A stretch of 64,000 nucleotides of DNA from Heteronotia binoei (lineage: Eukaryota): contig NC_083226.1 of assembly GCF_032191835.1 (NCBI RefSeq), positions 134,602,001-134,666,000 on the forward strand, read 5' to 3'. The notes under the pieces are model-generated. The model worked only from the letters and a program-made list of their open reading frames with translations, searched no databases and had not been told where the DNA came from. Numbering within the stretch: the first letter of the stretch is position 1; each line of letters opens with the position of its first letter. The position numbers were made by a program, and so were the translations under genes. Below, piece by piece: positions 22,438 to 37,713 of the stretch.

Positions 22438-22593
22438 ATTCCGCACTAGACCTTTCATCCTTGTTCTGCCCTGTCCCCAAATTGACATTCTACGCTAGAA
22501 TCAGAGAAACCAACTCTATGACTCTATGGTTTTAGTTTAGAATATCAGTTTGGGGACAGGGCTAAACCAGGATTAAAAGCCTAGTGCGGATTT
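22438..22593. mobile_element. MITE with about 54-bp inverted arms, upstream of FOXD1
   Basis: attccgcactagacctttcatccttgttctgccctgtccccaaattgacattct pairs with agaatatcagtttggggacagggctaaaccaggattaaaagcctagtgcggattt. Confidence 0.75.
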
Positions 22594-23199
22594 CACTGGC
22601 AATAAGGAGGGCTGATTTTGATGGGTTTCTCACTTCAATCTGTAGCCCCCTGACCTGACAACTCCCCGGACTTCAATTCCAAAACACACCAGAGAATCGG
22701 CGCGCCGGAGTTAAGTGAGCGGCAAACTTTCCCGGGATTTTAACGAAGAAGAAATACAAATTACCGTTCTTTCTAAGGAACTTGGGTTTGTGTGGGATTG
22801 CTGTATGAGTTTGTCTGGTTACCACAGCAATGCGAAGAACATTTTCCCTTACTGAAAAGACCTGGGTTGGATTCTGAGCAGATCTGCTGAGGCTTTCCCC
22901 ATTCACACCAACCGTTTGGAGATATTTCACACAAAGTATTATTCGAAATCTTTTGGAATAATGAATAACGGAAAGAGTTTGGCTTACAAGTCCCTGGTTT
23001 CACCGGTCCTCTGACAGTACCAGCTAGAAAAATTATGTCGTAAAAGTTCGAATGATTCTTCTTTCACTCCCCCTCCTATTTTATGGTATTTAGGTCGGAG
23101 TTAAACTATGGAGCAATCCGTGAAGACTTTCCTTCTGGACGCTGAGAAAAAAAGTCTCTTGTCGAAAGCTTCGGGTCTTACTTCCAAGTAGACGTGTAG

Positions 23200-24450
23200 G
23201 TGTGTGGGAGAGGAGAGTTCAGACAAAATGTTGAAGCGCAACCGGTTTACTGGGCGTGTTCAACACGCGCGGAATTCTCTCAGCCCAGGACTGAAGGAGC
23301 TTCGCTTGAGGAAGTGGCTGCAGAAGTTTAGGAGGGGGGGGGTCCCCCTGCAGCGGCGGAGCGGGAGGGTCAGGCAGCTCTCCAGCGGCCTCCTTGACTG
23401 CGCAGTAGAGGGGCTTCGGGCGGCTGCTTGCGAGCGGAGGGGAAGGAAGCAGAGAGGAAGCTCGAGGACGTCTGTGGCCCTCCTTTCGGAAGCGCAGCAT
23501 GGCGGAGCAGCGGCTCTTTTGCGAGCAGGCGGCGGCAGCAGCAGCAGCAGGGAGCTCCGTCCACCCGCTGGCCTCTCTCGCGCGGGTCTGGCTCTTCAGC
23601 GCTGCTGGGAAACAAACCGCCCGCCCTGCTGCTGCTGCCGCCCAGGTCGCTGGCTGGTCCCCGCCGTCCTTCCGTCCTCTGGTGAGGATTCCTTCACCTG
23701 CTGCGAGATGAGGAGCCGTCGAGGAGGAGGGGCCGCTCGGGCTGGGAGCCGAGCCGAGAACCGGCGCCCCTCGCCCACGAGAGAAGCGCCCGCCTCGCCG
23801 GTTCTTCCCTTGGGACAGGCAGCGTCTCCTGGCGCTGGTCCGAGGGATTTGGGGTCACCTGCTGGAGGTTTCCGGCTCAAGCAGCTCCCCAAAGCTCCCG
23901 TCGGACCGGCTCCGGAGCTCAGCCTCGCCCGCCTTGTCGCGGGGTCTTGAGCGTGGCAGCCGAAGAGCTTCAGCGTAGAGGAAGGGCGCCACCTAGAGGC
24001 GAGGGATCTCGGGCGGCTCCGGCCCACGGAAGAGCAGCAGCCCCTGCTTAGGCCTCGCCTCGCCTCGCCTCCTGCCCTGCCTCTGCGACTCCCCGCGAGG
24101 GACAAGAAGGCACCCACGTCGCCACGGATCAGTCGCAATCAACACGAGGGTCTCGACGCCCCTTTCGAAAGTCACCAGTCACGCCAGGGTGCCGGGACAG
24201 GCCTTCAGACGTGCCCCCACCCCTGAAGTGTCGAGGCTCCTCCTGCGCCCCATCCTTCCACCCACGCTGCTTTCTGGGCGTGCCGCTGACTTGCTCCTTT
24301 GGGGTCTCGGCAACAAAGACAAGCATCCCCCTGAAGCCAAATTTGCTGGGGACTCAGGAAAGCCGCCCGATTTCGCCCTGGAAGACGCAGTTAGGTACAT
24401 ACGTGAGACACCCGGAAGCCTCGCCTCCCTCCCGGGGAATCAATAAGGGG
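23200..24450. promoter_or_regulatory. Second CpG island, about 2 kb upstream of FOXD1
   Basis: GC/CpG-dense block with short CAG/GCC repeats, bounded by AT-richer DNA. Confidence 0.7.
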
Positions 24451-26431
24451 GGAAATGCTTCTGCTGCCAAGAACACTTCTTCCCGCCCAGCATCTCTCCC
24501 ACTGCAAGAGGTCTGTCTGTCTGTCTATCTACCTATCCATCTTCCTACCTACCCACCATCTCCCTCTCTCTCCGTCAAAAAAACAAGTGATACTGTTACA
24601 GTATTGTTGGAACTTTTTTATTGCTGCCAGAATGCATGCAACAGTCACATGCCTTCAAGCAGCTAGCTGTAAAACATCCAAGATTCCAAGTAAGTGATGC
24701 CACCTTTGCCACTGAATTTTTCTCAGAGAAGCCTCTGAAAGAGGAAGTGGGGAAAATATCTGCAAACCTGCAGTGAATCTGTCAGGCCAGGGACTCCTGA
24801 CACAGGATGACAAACAAGAGCCTTGGAACACTCTGCCTCTGGTGGGCCTCAGATTCCTCCACCTTCTGCACTAAGAATCCGAGGGATCATTCACAGGCAC
24901 CAAACTCAGTCAACAAATACACTGATCCTGAAAGCACTGAAAGACTTCTTTCGCTATACAGAAAGCTTTCCTAAGCCCACCAGGTTCAAAGGTTGGAAGC
25001 AGAAGTTCTGAATTTTTCAGACAACAAGAATAAAAATAAATAAAGATGGACATGGGGTAGCTAGTTCTCACTCCATTTACTGGGACCCTTGAAGCCTGAT
25101 CTACGTACTTGTTCAGAAGCAAGTCCCCCCACCTCCCCAGTTCCCAATGGAGCCTAGAGCTGTCCGTGAATTCTGGCCCAGTTATCACCTGCAGTCCCAA
25201 CTCATGCACAATTACTCAGATGTACATTCTACACTGAACAGTAGGACTTACTCCCAAGAAAGAGTATATAGGATTGCCATTTTCCTGCAAACTGGTCTGA
25301 CAGCACAGGAAAGGGGAGTGGAGGAAAGTCTCAGATTTCTTCCAGACTATTATTCCAATGGTGAAGAGATGAAGAAGGAAACCAAGAAGAGCCCCTTTTG
25401 GATAGGTATGTTTTCCTCCTGGGTTATTTTGATTTGACAGAATTCTCTGTTTCCGGAGCAATCTGAAAACTAAAAAAGTTTTTGATAATGTTTGGGTACT
25501 AGTTGGGGAAAGCAAGCCTCGGCATTTAAGGGAAGCAGTTCTTACTCTGTGGCAGTTGCATCAAGATGGGCAAAGGGATGAAGAGACATCTTTCCCAAAA
25601 GAATGTGCTTTGAATGTCATTGCTACTGGGTCACCCTCACTGATTGTCATAGTGGGAGCTAGAGGGGGCACGAGGATCACAGGATTTGCCTCAAAGTAGT
25701 TTCTAACCCTCTTTATAGCAGAAAAGGAGAGTCTTTTGATGAGCTCCGCAGGCAGGCAGATCTTTCTACACAGGGATGCACAAAATGGAAGGTCCTTCCA
25801 TTGTGGGGGACAGGAAGTGTCTCAGTGAGTGCATTAAACAAGAGTGTGCAGGCCGCATTGAAGTCCAAGACAAAAGTCTCATTGTCTTCCATGGCTCTGC
25901 GTTGCACGGGCTCATTCTGTTTCAGAAAGACTCTACCTGCTGCTTCCCTGCAACAATCCTCTGGAGCAGTGTTTCCCATTTGCAGGGTCATGACCCGGTA
26001 CTGAGCCATGGAAGCCTCACTACTGGGTCACAAGAAAAGCCAAAGCTAGCCCCACCCCCAGCAAAGCTAGCCCCATTCCATCTCTGTGTTGTGCAGAGAG
26101 AAGCTGGGCTGCCTCTCCTTCCTTCTCCCCCGCTCCCAGTGTTTGAGAGAAAAGCTGGCATCCATTGGCACTTTAGACCCATGAAGTGTTCTTCAAGGTA
26201 TGAGCTTTCATGTGCCTTGCAGTATGTTCTTTTGGGGAGATTTCCCCGGGAGGCGTGGGCAGCAAAGAAGGGTGTGTGTGTTTTTTTTTTCAGCTGGGAG
26301 GGGTGGGGAGTGGGCATTCCAGTAGCTGTTTTTTTTTTTTTTTACCAAATGACTCCTGGGCAGAATTTTTGCTGGCTGGGGTCATCTGATGGTGAGGAAG
26401 GCTTTTTTTTCTTTGCCCCCCCTTCTTTCTT

Positions 26432-26600
26432 GATGCTCTGTCTGTATTCTTGGTGCCGGGGGGTGGGGGTGGGAAGCAACAGTGGGAGGGCTTCTAGTGC
26501 CCTGGCCCCACTGGTGGACATCCTGGTGCTTTTGGAGCATTGTATGAGAGAATTTTGGACTGGATAGTCCACTGGCCTGATCCAACATGGCACCTCTTGT
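26432..26600 (+). mobile_element. CR1-family 3' UTR fragment
   Basis: gcaacagtgggagggcttctagtgccctggccccactggtgga...ggactggatagtccactggcctgatccaacatggc is related to the reverse complement of 7000-7150 and 2560-2610. Confidence 0.75.
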
Positions 26601-27373
26601 TTATTATCTTCCTTTCCTTTCCCTTTCTCTTTCTTTTTTTCCTCCATTTTTCCTGGGTGAAACTTTTCTGTTCATCATACTGTTGTTTCAGACATAGGAG
26701 CTCTGCCAATGAAAAGTTGGCACCCCCAGTTGTAGCCAGATGGCCTTCTATGAGATTTCTTTGTGAGTGGGTGAGAGTAAGAGGTGTGGGGCAGAAAGAG
26801 ATTATTGGAGATTATTGCGGTATATCTCAACAGCACTGGAAGAGATGGTATTATGAACTTGGCACTGTTTTACAGGTCCTGCTTTTAACAGCTGTCTGAC
26901 ACCAAAATTAAACTCCTCCTGTAGATGCTAAAAAAGATGAAAGTAGTTCACTGGCTAAGTATCTGCACGACAGGTTGCTTTTAAAGACATGGGAAACACT
27001 GCCAGTAAAAAGCTGCAAGCCCCTTATAAATATCCTTTTTGGGATAACTGCAGAAAAGCTTGTATAAACTTCATATAACTTGAAATTAATTCATTAATTG
27101 CAGTACAGTACTCTGCTACCTTTCACAGCAATTTCCCAGTGTTTCAACCAAAGAAAAGTATGAAAAATAGCTGTTGAAAGATTGAGGCAGGGTTCCAGTA
27201 GCAGCAGCTGAAGGAAGGGCCTACTAAATGTGTCAGCATATTTTGAGGTAGGCCAACTGCCAGGGCCCAGTGTGGGTGGTACACAGTGCTGGCATTCCTG
27301 ATGGCAATGGCAACACCATTCCCAACTGCATACACTGGCCAGTGCTGTTGAGGAAGGGATGTGTAATGTAAAA

Positions 27374-27420
27374 TTTTATTTATATCCCGCCCTCCCCCGC
27401 CGAAGCAGGCTCAGGGCGGC
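27374..27420 (-). mobile_element. L2/Squam3-type 3' tail fragment
   Basis: tttatttatatcccgccct...ggctcagggcggc is the reverse complement of the tail seen at 1109-1160. Confidence 0.6.
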
Positions 27421-29520
27421 CTGTGTAGGTGGTGCAGGCAATTGAACATGGGCATTAGGAGTGCTTACAAGCTGGAGAAAAATACACAAAAAATAGGTAC
27501 ATGTAGGTGTGGGAGTGAAAAGAGAGGATCGCCCACTTTCCACCCCCATTTTGGCTCAGCATGAGTTTCAGAGAGATTTTTCTGAAAATGAATTTACTTC
27601 CAAAGAAAAGGCAGGTTTGGGGCAGTGTCCTGGAAGTGACATCACAGGAAAAGGTAGAGTTTTGGTTCAGTGTGCCCCGGAAGTGACATCACTTGATCCT
27701 TGGCACCACAGGAAATGACATAATTTCTGTCTCCCGGCTCCACCTCCAAAATCTTCTGGCTCTACCCGCAAATTTTAGTGGGCCATGAAGGAGAAGTGTA
27801 AAAATAACTAGGCCATGGGAAAGAAAAGTTTGGGAAACCTTGCTCTGGAGCATCAGGCAATGGAGCCCTGGGGCAAGGATTGCCCCCTTTGTCTCTGCTG
27901 CCTTGTCCTCTCGGTCTTCTCCTGGAAATATAAACTCAGGACCTGGTTTTGGGTGGTGTGTGTGTGTAACGGGGTGGTTGTGGTAGGGAATGTTGGTCTT
28001 CTTTATAGCTTTTAAAAAATCTGCTTGACCTTTTCACCGACGGTAGCCCTCAAGGAAGCTAAAAACAACCATTTAATTAAAAAGCAATTAAAATAACTCA
28101 AGCAAATAAAGGCCCAGGAGAACAAAAAAAAACACACAGCCCAAGGCACAGGAGAAATCAACCAACTGAGCAGCAGCACAACAGCAGATTTACAACAACC
28201 TCCTGGACTGAACTGAGAGTTGGTTTTCCTGTCTTTTTGTCAATGTATGCTATTATCATTTGCCATCTGAAATCACTCCACTCTCCAAGACATAAGGACC
28301 AATTCAGGTGTTCTAATTCATGATCAGGGTCTTTTTGAAAGAAAATAAATAGGAAAAGAAATCCATTAAAAACACTTTTCTGAATCAGTCAAAATAATTT
28401 TCTCTATGTCCTCCCCCTTCATCCCCAAAAGCAGCCCCAAAGAAGCAAGCAGAAGGGATGAGTGGGTGAGTGTGTGTGAGAAAGAGAGAGGCAGAGAGTC
28501 AGACTGAGTGGCAGAGACAAGCTTGCCTTTGTATCTCTCCCATGTGAAGCAACCACAGATCTCTCCCTGAGCCTGTGAGTGTGTGTGTGTGTGAGAGAGA
28601 GAGGAAGAGAGAAGGGAGGAAAGAGGCAGGAAACAGGAAGCGAAGAGCCACAGAGGAAGCTGGGGGAAAAGTAAGGTAAAGTGTGGCTGCAGTAGCAATC
28701 CTGGAAAGGAAGCAGGAGGTTGCTTGGGGGGGCTTGTTTTAAACCCTGTGCAGGCCAGATATGTCCCAGGGGCTAGATGTTTGTCCTCCCTGATTTAGGG
28801 CTTCATATGTCAACCCAGTACCTTGAACTGAATTGGCCAGCTTTTAAGGCACTATTTCTGACCACTTGGCCTATAGATTGGTGCTCTTTCTGCTGCTTGG
28901 GAAGTTTTGTCTTGATGTGGCACTGTAACTTTGGGCAGTGCTGTTGCCAGGAGCTATTGTGATATGACACCTTCATTGGTGTGCAGAGCAGTGCAGTGCC
29001 TTGAAATAAGTTCTATTACAGCACTTAACTTTTGAATAAACATGCTTAGGATTAGGTCACATACTTGCTTAAGGGATTGCAACTTTGTATTTCATAGCTA
29101 AATATATAGTTCTTGAATGAGTTCCATTGATATTAGAGGGTTTTCCACATGGAAGTTGCCTCCAGTACCTTGGCATCCAGAGTTATTTCTTATAAGGGCC
29201 ACTATTGAAAATCCTGCATATGGCCAACAGGTCCATGGTGACTTTATCAAGTTTCACTCAAAAGTGTCATATGATGTCACCAGCAATAAGGGAAAAAATG
29301 GTGATTACAGGCCATCATAAACAGTGTGCCCACATGAGAGGAAAGAACTGAGGATACATCACAGGCTTTCTTAGGCGTTTGCAGCAAAATAATTGTTTTA
29401 ATTTGCATTACTGTGTTGTTTTTAACTCGTGTATTGTTTTTACCTGTTGCACATCGCCCAGAGCTTGGCTTAGGCTGGAATGGGGTGATACAGTAAATTG
29501 AATAAATAATAAAACAAGAT

Positions 29521-29600
29521 CCCAGTGGCAGACTAGCAAATTTATTCTAGCATAAGTTTTCCTGAGTCAGTCAAAGCTCACTTCTTCAGATGCACTGGAG
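29521..29600 (-). mobile_element. PLE terminal remnant with a degenerate hammerhead
   Basis: Minus strand gcau CUGAAGA agugagc uuugacu gacucag GAAA acuu augc. Stem I GCAU/AUGC is intact, but the stem II closing pair and the stem III palindrome are mutated. Confidence 0.6.
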
Positions 29601-29747
29601 GAATGGGGAGATGTTATAAAGGGAGATCCATCGCTGGGACCAGTTTACTTCCAACGTGTGCCACTCTCCCAACTGTTGTTAGATAAACAAAATGGAAACG
29701 AGAGGGAGAATAGGAAGTTGCAGAGGAAGCAGAGCTGAAGTCATCCA

Positions 29748-30168
29748 CAGGGCCGGTTCTAGGCTTTCTGGCACCCTAGGTGAATCACCCACTAGCCCCT
29801 GCCCCATTATTAAAAAAAAACATAGGGAAATTGAAGAGCGCCAAACTTGGAACTTTTCTCATTTTTAATTTACTGATTTTTAATTTTTTTTAAATGTGAT
29901 GTTATAAATTTTTTTTGAGAATAAGTGCTTGCTGGCCATGTCAGGAAGGAGGGTGGCAGGATAGGATGAGGTGGGAAGCCAAGTCACACATCTGGGAGAG
30001 GGGGGTGGCTTGGCTTTGTTGAGGGCAGTGTGGTGATGCGAGAGGATGAAGTGACAGTGGTCAGGAGCCAGAGTCATGCGTCAGGTAGGGGGTGCCCAGT
30101 GGTACCCCCTAGGCCAGGTGGCGCCCTAGCCAACTGCCTACTTTGCCTACTCACACGCACCGGCCCTG
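29748..30168. mobile_element. hAT non-autonomous transposon (MITE)
   Basis: TIRs CAGGGCCGG...CCGGCCCTG with a perfect 8-bp TSD gtcatcca (29740-29747 and 30169-30176). Confidence 0.9.
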
Positions 30169-30185
30169 GTCATCCACATCTTTAA

Positions 30186-30642
30186 GTGGGGAGATATCTG
30201 TTATGGTGTAGTGGGTTTGAGCGCCGGACTATCCGCCCTGGTACCATGGAAGGTGCCCGGATGAGCTTGGGCCAGGCACAAACTCAGCCTAACCTACCTG
30301 TAGTGTATCAGCAGCCATACGCAGAGGCGACTGGGCTGTCCCAGGCGCCTCCAGCGTGGGGCGCGGAATCCCCCACCAATCACCAGCTGTGGCGGGAAGT
30401 TTAACAGGTCAGGATTGGCCTGACCTGTCCAGTAGGCTGTACCGGGGATTGTACATAAGCGGGACCCGGCCCGCGTGTTCGCTCTCTTGCAATGTGCTCC
30501 GAATAAAGAATGTTGCCCTACTCGCGTCTCCAGACTGAGTACGTTACACTACCTCACAGAGTTGTTGTGACGATAAAATGAAAAAACAAGGCTCTCCTTG
30601 GGGAAGAAAGCAGCGTATAAATTAATTTCAAAAATAAAAATA
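30186..30642 (+). mobile_element. MIR/Squam3-like SINE split by an LTR insertion
   Basis: Head atggtgtagtgggtttgagc. The core ctcagcctaacctacc|tcacagagttgttgtgacgataaaatg is contiguous once 30299-30548 and one TSD are removed. Confidence 0.75.
30299..30548 (+). mobile_element. Solo LTR, 250 bp
   Basis: Ends TGTAGTGTA...TACGTTACA, perfect 5-bp TSD ctacc (30294-30298 and 30549-30553), CCAAT boxes at 30376 and 30414, AATAAA at 30502-30507, many intact CpGs. Confidence 0.88.
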
Positions 30643-30744
30643 TTAGCACCCGTTAAGAATCCCGCAGGAGGTTAGGGTTCTATTATCTCGGGTTTGGACC
30701 CATTCCGTAATTCTTTTTTCCCAGGAACAACGCCCGCGTGAGCA

Positions 30745-30942
30745 GCTCGCGCACGCGCACGCGCACAGGCAGGGGAAGAGGCGGGGCGGGATGGTTGGTT
30801 GCGTCACTGGGCGGCTGCGGCTTGTTTTTTCTTCCCGGCAGCCATCTTGGCCTCTTCCGCGTGCGCGCGCTGAGCTCCCCGCTTCCCTTCGCGGCCTCCG
30901 GCTCCTAGGCTTGCCCGGCCCGGGCTACTTCCCTCCGAGAAG
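30745..30942 (+). promoter_or_regulatory. BTF3: BTF3 core promoter and non-coding exon 1 (donor after 30942)
   Basis: NRF1-like GCGCACGCGCACGCGCAC (30749-30766), GC boxes, TGCGTCA, YY1-type GCCATCTT (30841), pyrimidine-rich start region and donor ccgagaag|gtaagg. Confidence 0.8.
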
Positions 30943-31302
30943 GTAAGGGAGACCCCTCCCCCAGGTGGCAGGTGTTCGCTCGGTAGAAGACTCCGAGGGC
31001 CTGAGCGGGGAGGACAGGCTGCGGCTTCAGCGTCGAGCGAATCTCCGAGTTGGGTGCTGAAACCTGGGCGAGGTTTCGCCGCCTTCGCCTGGCCCTTGCG
31101 CAGAGCCCCTGCTCTCCTGCTTGCCTCTGTGTTGGAGGGAGCTTGGGCGGGGCGGGGGCTTTCTCGCGAGCTGCAGTTCCCTGTGGCCTGGGCGGGCCTG
31201 GTTTGGGTGGCCCTTCGAGTTGTTCGCGGGCCTCCGGGAAGCGTAGGGACACCGCCCAGATACCAGCCTAACTACCCTTCTCGTGTTCTTTCTTGCCTTT
31301 AG

Positions 31303-35587
<4,285 letters not shown>

Positions 35588-35811
35588 ACTGTCACTTTTT
35601 TGGAAACTGAAACTTGAAAGTTACATGGAGCTGCTATTTTATATTGTGACTTTTATTTGTAACATTTTTGTACTGATCATAAGTCAAAGGTCTATACTAT
35701 TTGGAACCCCCTCAAAATTGCAGCTCTTCTCGGTTATTGCTTAGCACACTAAGCATTCATTTGCGGCTGGATTGATGTGCACAAAATGGAAAAGTGTTAA
35801 GTAAAAATGCT

Positions 35812-35817
35812 AATAAA
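35812..35817 (+). terminator. BTF3 poly(A) signal AATAAA
   Basis: 225 nt after the stop codon, followed by a U/GU-rich downstream stretch. Confidence 0.7.
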
Positions 35818-36004
35818 AATTAAATGTTTAGGCAAATACTTGTATGTTGTATTTTGTAGATTGAATAATTTATGACTAGTTTTGTGGTAAACTAGATTCT
35901 TGGCCTCAAACCTCATTAGAATAAGTTGTTCGCCCAATGCTTCACACATTTCCCTGTCATGCTTTCAAGGTTTATGTTCATTCCTGTTGAATACATTATA
36001 ACAA

Positions 36005-36250
36005 AAGGTGTTGCACCTTTAAGAACAATGTAAGCTTTCGTGTGCTAGAAGCACACTTCATCAGACAATAGTATGGAATGGCAAGCAGTTCTAAATATAG
36101 AGAAAGTGGGCAGTGAGTTAGTGTGCAGTCATTGAAATGTTTTTTAGCAGGTCACAAGTTTGGGTCTGGTGTTTGTTAGTTTATGTTAAGTTGGAATAGC
36201 ATATTGATGTCCTGCTACTTCAGACCAACACAGCTGCCCACCTGGATCTA
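36005..36250 (-). mobile_element. PLE fragment with a hammerhead and an inverted terminal copy
   Basis: 36005-36150 matches about 503-665 with a deletion of about 20 nt. 36210-36250 (cttcagaccaacacagctgcccacctggatcta) is the reverse complement of 447-485. Confidence 0.75.
36027..36069 (-). ncRNA. Minimal type I hammerhead ribozyme motif, best-preserved copy
   Basis: Minus strand auugu CUGAUGA a gugugc uucua gcacac GAAA gcuu acauu. Cores are intact, stem II is a perfect 6 bp and stem III is the palindrome AAGCUU. Confidence 0.75.
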
Positions 36251-37064
36251 TTATAATACTTCTACCGGAATGCTTAGTTGAGATCTCAAGAAATTGGTTG
36301 ATGGTTTCTCAATCTGTCACAGCTTAAATACTGGGTTAAAGGCCCAGTAATTGATTAGAAATGCCAGCTCTAGTGCATTCCCTTCCAATAACTTGTGTTT
36401 GTATGAACTTAGGTTGCTTTATCCAACAACATGCTGTATGTGATCTGTTAGGTTTCTCTTTTGTGACCTGTAAATAACATACTGTGGCTGCTATCATGTC
36501 AAACACTTTGTTCAGGAACAGAGATTAATATCATAATAGCATTTAAGTATATCTTTTAAAAAGCTACTCTTGCACATGAACAGTGGGCCATAGTAAATCA
36601 TGGTTTGGCATTTGATGATTGAGTTCTTGGTTGTATTGATATTATCAACTTTGGATGTTCTTGCCCTCAAAACTGCAGTGAAACCATGACTTTGAATTCT
36701 GGTTTTGATTGCAAAGTCAAAGCATAATTTGATGGCTTGGAGTGACAGGCAGGGAAGGAACCAGAATTTGTGGAACAAAAGGAGGGACATGCTAGCCTAT
36801 ATCTTGCACATGTAATACAAAGCCCTGTTTTAATGTTATGGATGGCATCCTTGTCAATATGTGTGATATTTTTATCCTAGGTGTTGCTGTATCTAGGTTA
36901 TCATATTAAATTATTTGCTATGTAAAATTTATACAGAACTCAAATTCTGCAATATTGCTAGTGGCATACGGTATAACATTGTCAGTTTGTTACAGCTGTT
37001 GTCAATGCTAGCTTTGCCTGTAATACAGGTCTGGCACCTGCGTTACTGAAATGTCAGCTTCTCT

Positions 37065-37323
37065 GGCAGAGCCAATTTGGTGTAGTGGTTAAGTGCACAG
37101 ACTTTCACCTGGGAGAACTAGGTTTGATTCCCCACTCCTCCACATGCAGTTGCTGATGTGACCTTGGGTCAACCACAAGTTTTCTCAGAGCTGTTCTGCT
37201 CCAGAGGAGCTCTCTCAACTCCATCTACCTCACAGAATGTCTGTTGTGCAAAGGGAAAGGAGATTGTAAGATGCTCTGAGCCTCCTTCAGGTAGTGGACG
37301 GCAGGGCATAAATCCAATCTCTT
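37065..37323 (+). mobile_element. Squam3-like SINE
   Basis: Aligns over its length with 5377-5660. Confidence 0.85.
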
Positions 37324-37713
37324 TTTAAAGCAGTCATCGTGATTATACACTGTAGCCGGTGGCTTATTTTATTAAACAGATGTATTTATAAAGCAGAACA
37401 CTAACTTTGAAACAGGTTTTGCAGGTTCCTGAAGAGACTTTCATTCTATATAACATAATATCTGTGATGAAGTGGATTGGTGAAAGCTCTAGACATAACA
37501 TCTGTCATAAGTGTGGATTCTTCTGCAAAGTTTGGGAACCCAGAACTGATTTTTACTAGAAGACCGGTAGCTAATCCCTGTGGCCTGTAGGCCAGAGTAT
37601 TCGGGTTAGGCGCTAAGTCTTAGTATGGAAGTCTTACACAGCAACCAAGGAAAAGCTCTTTTGGGATATGAGACGGAACTATAAAGAGTTCCATTTTAAT
37701 AAACCAGTATAGG

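Noticed and set aside
37463-37550. GTGATGA...CTGA resembling a C/D snoRNA, or a degenerate hammerhead (tgatgaag...gaaagctc)
   Set aside because: No terminal stem, not intronic, and stem II cannot form. Chance match or a very old remnant.
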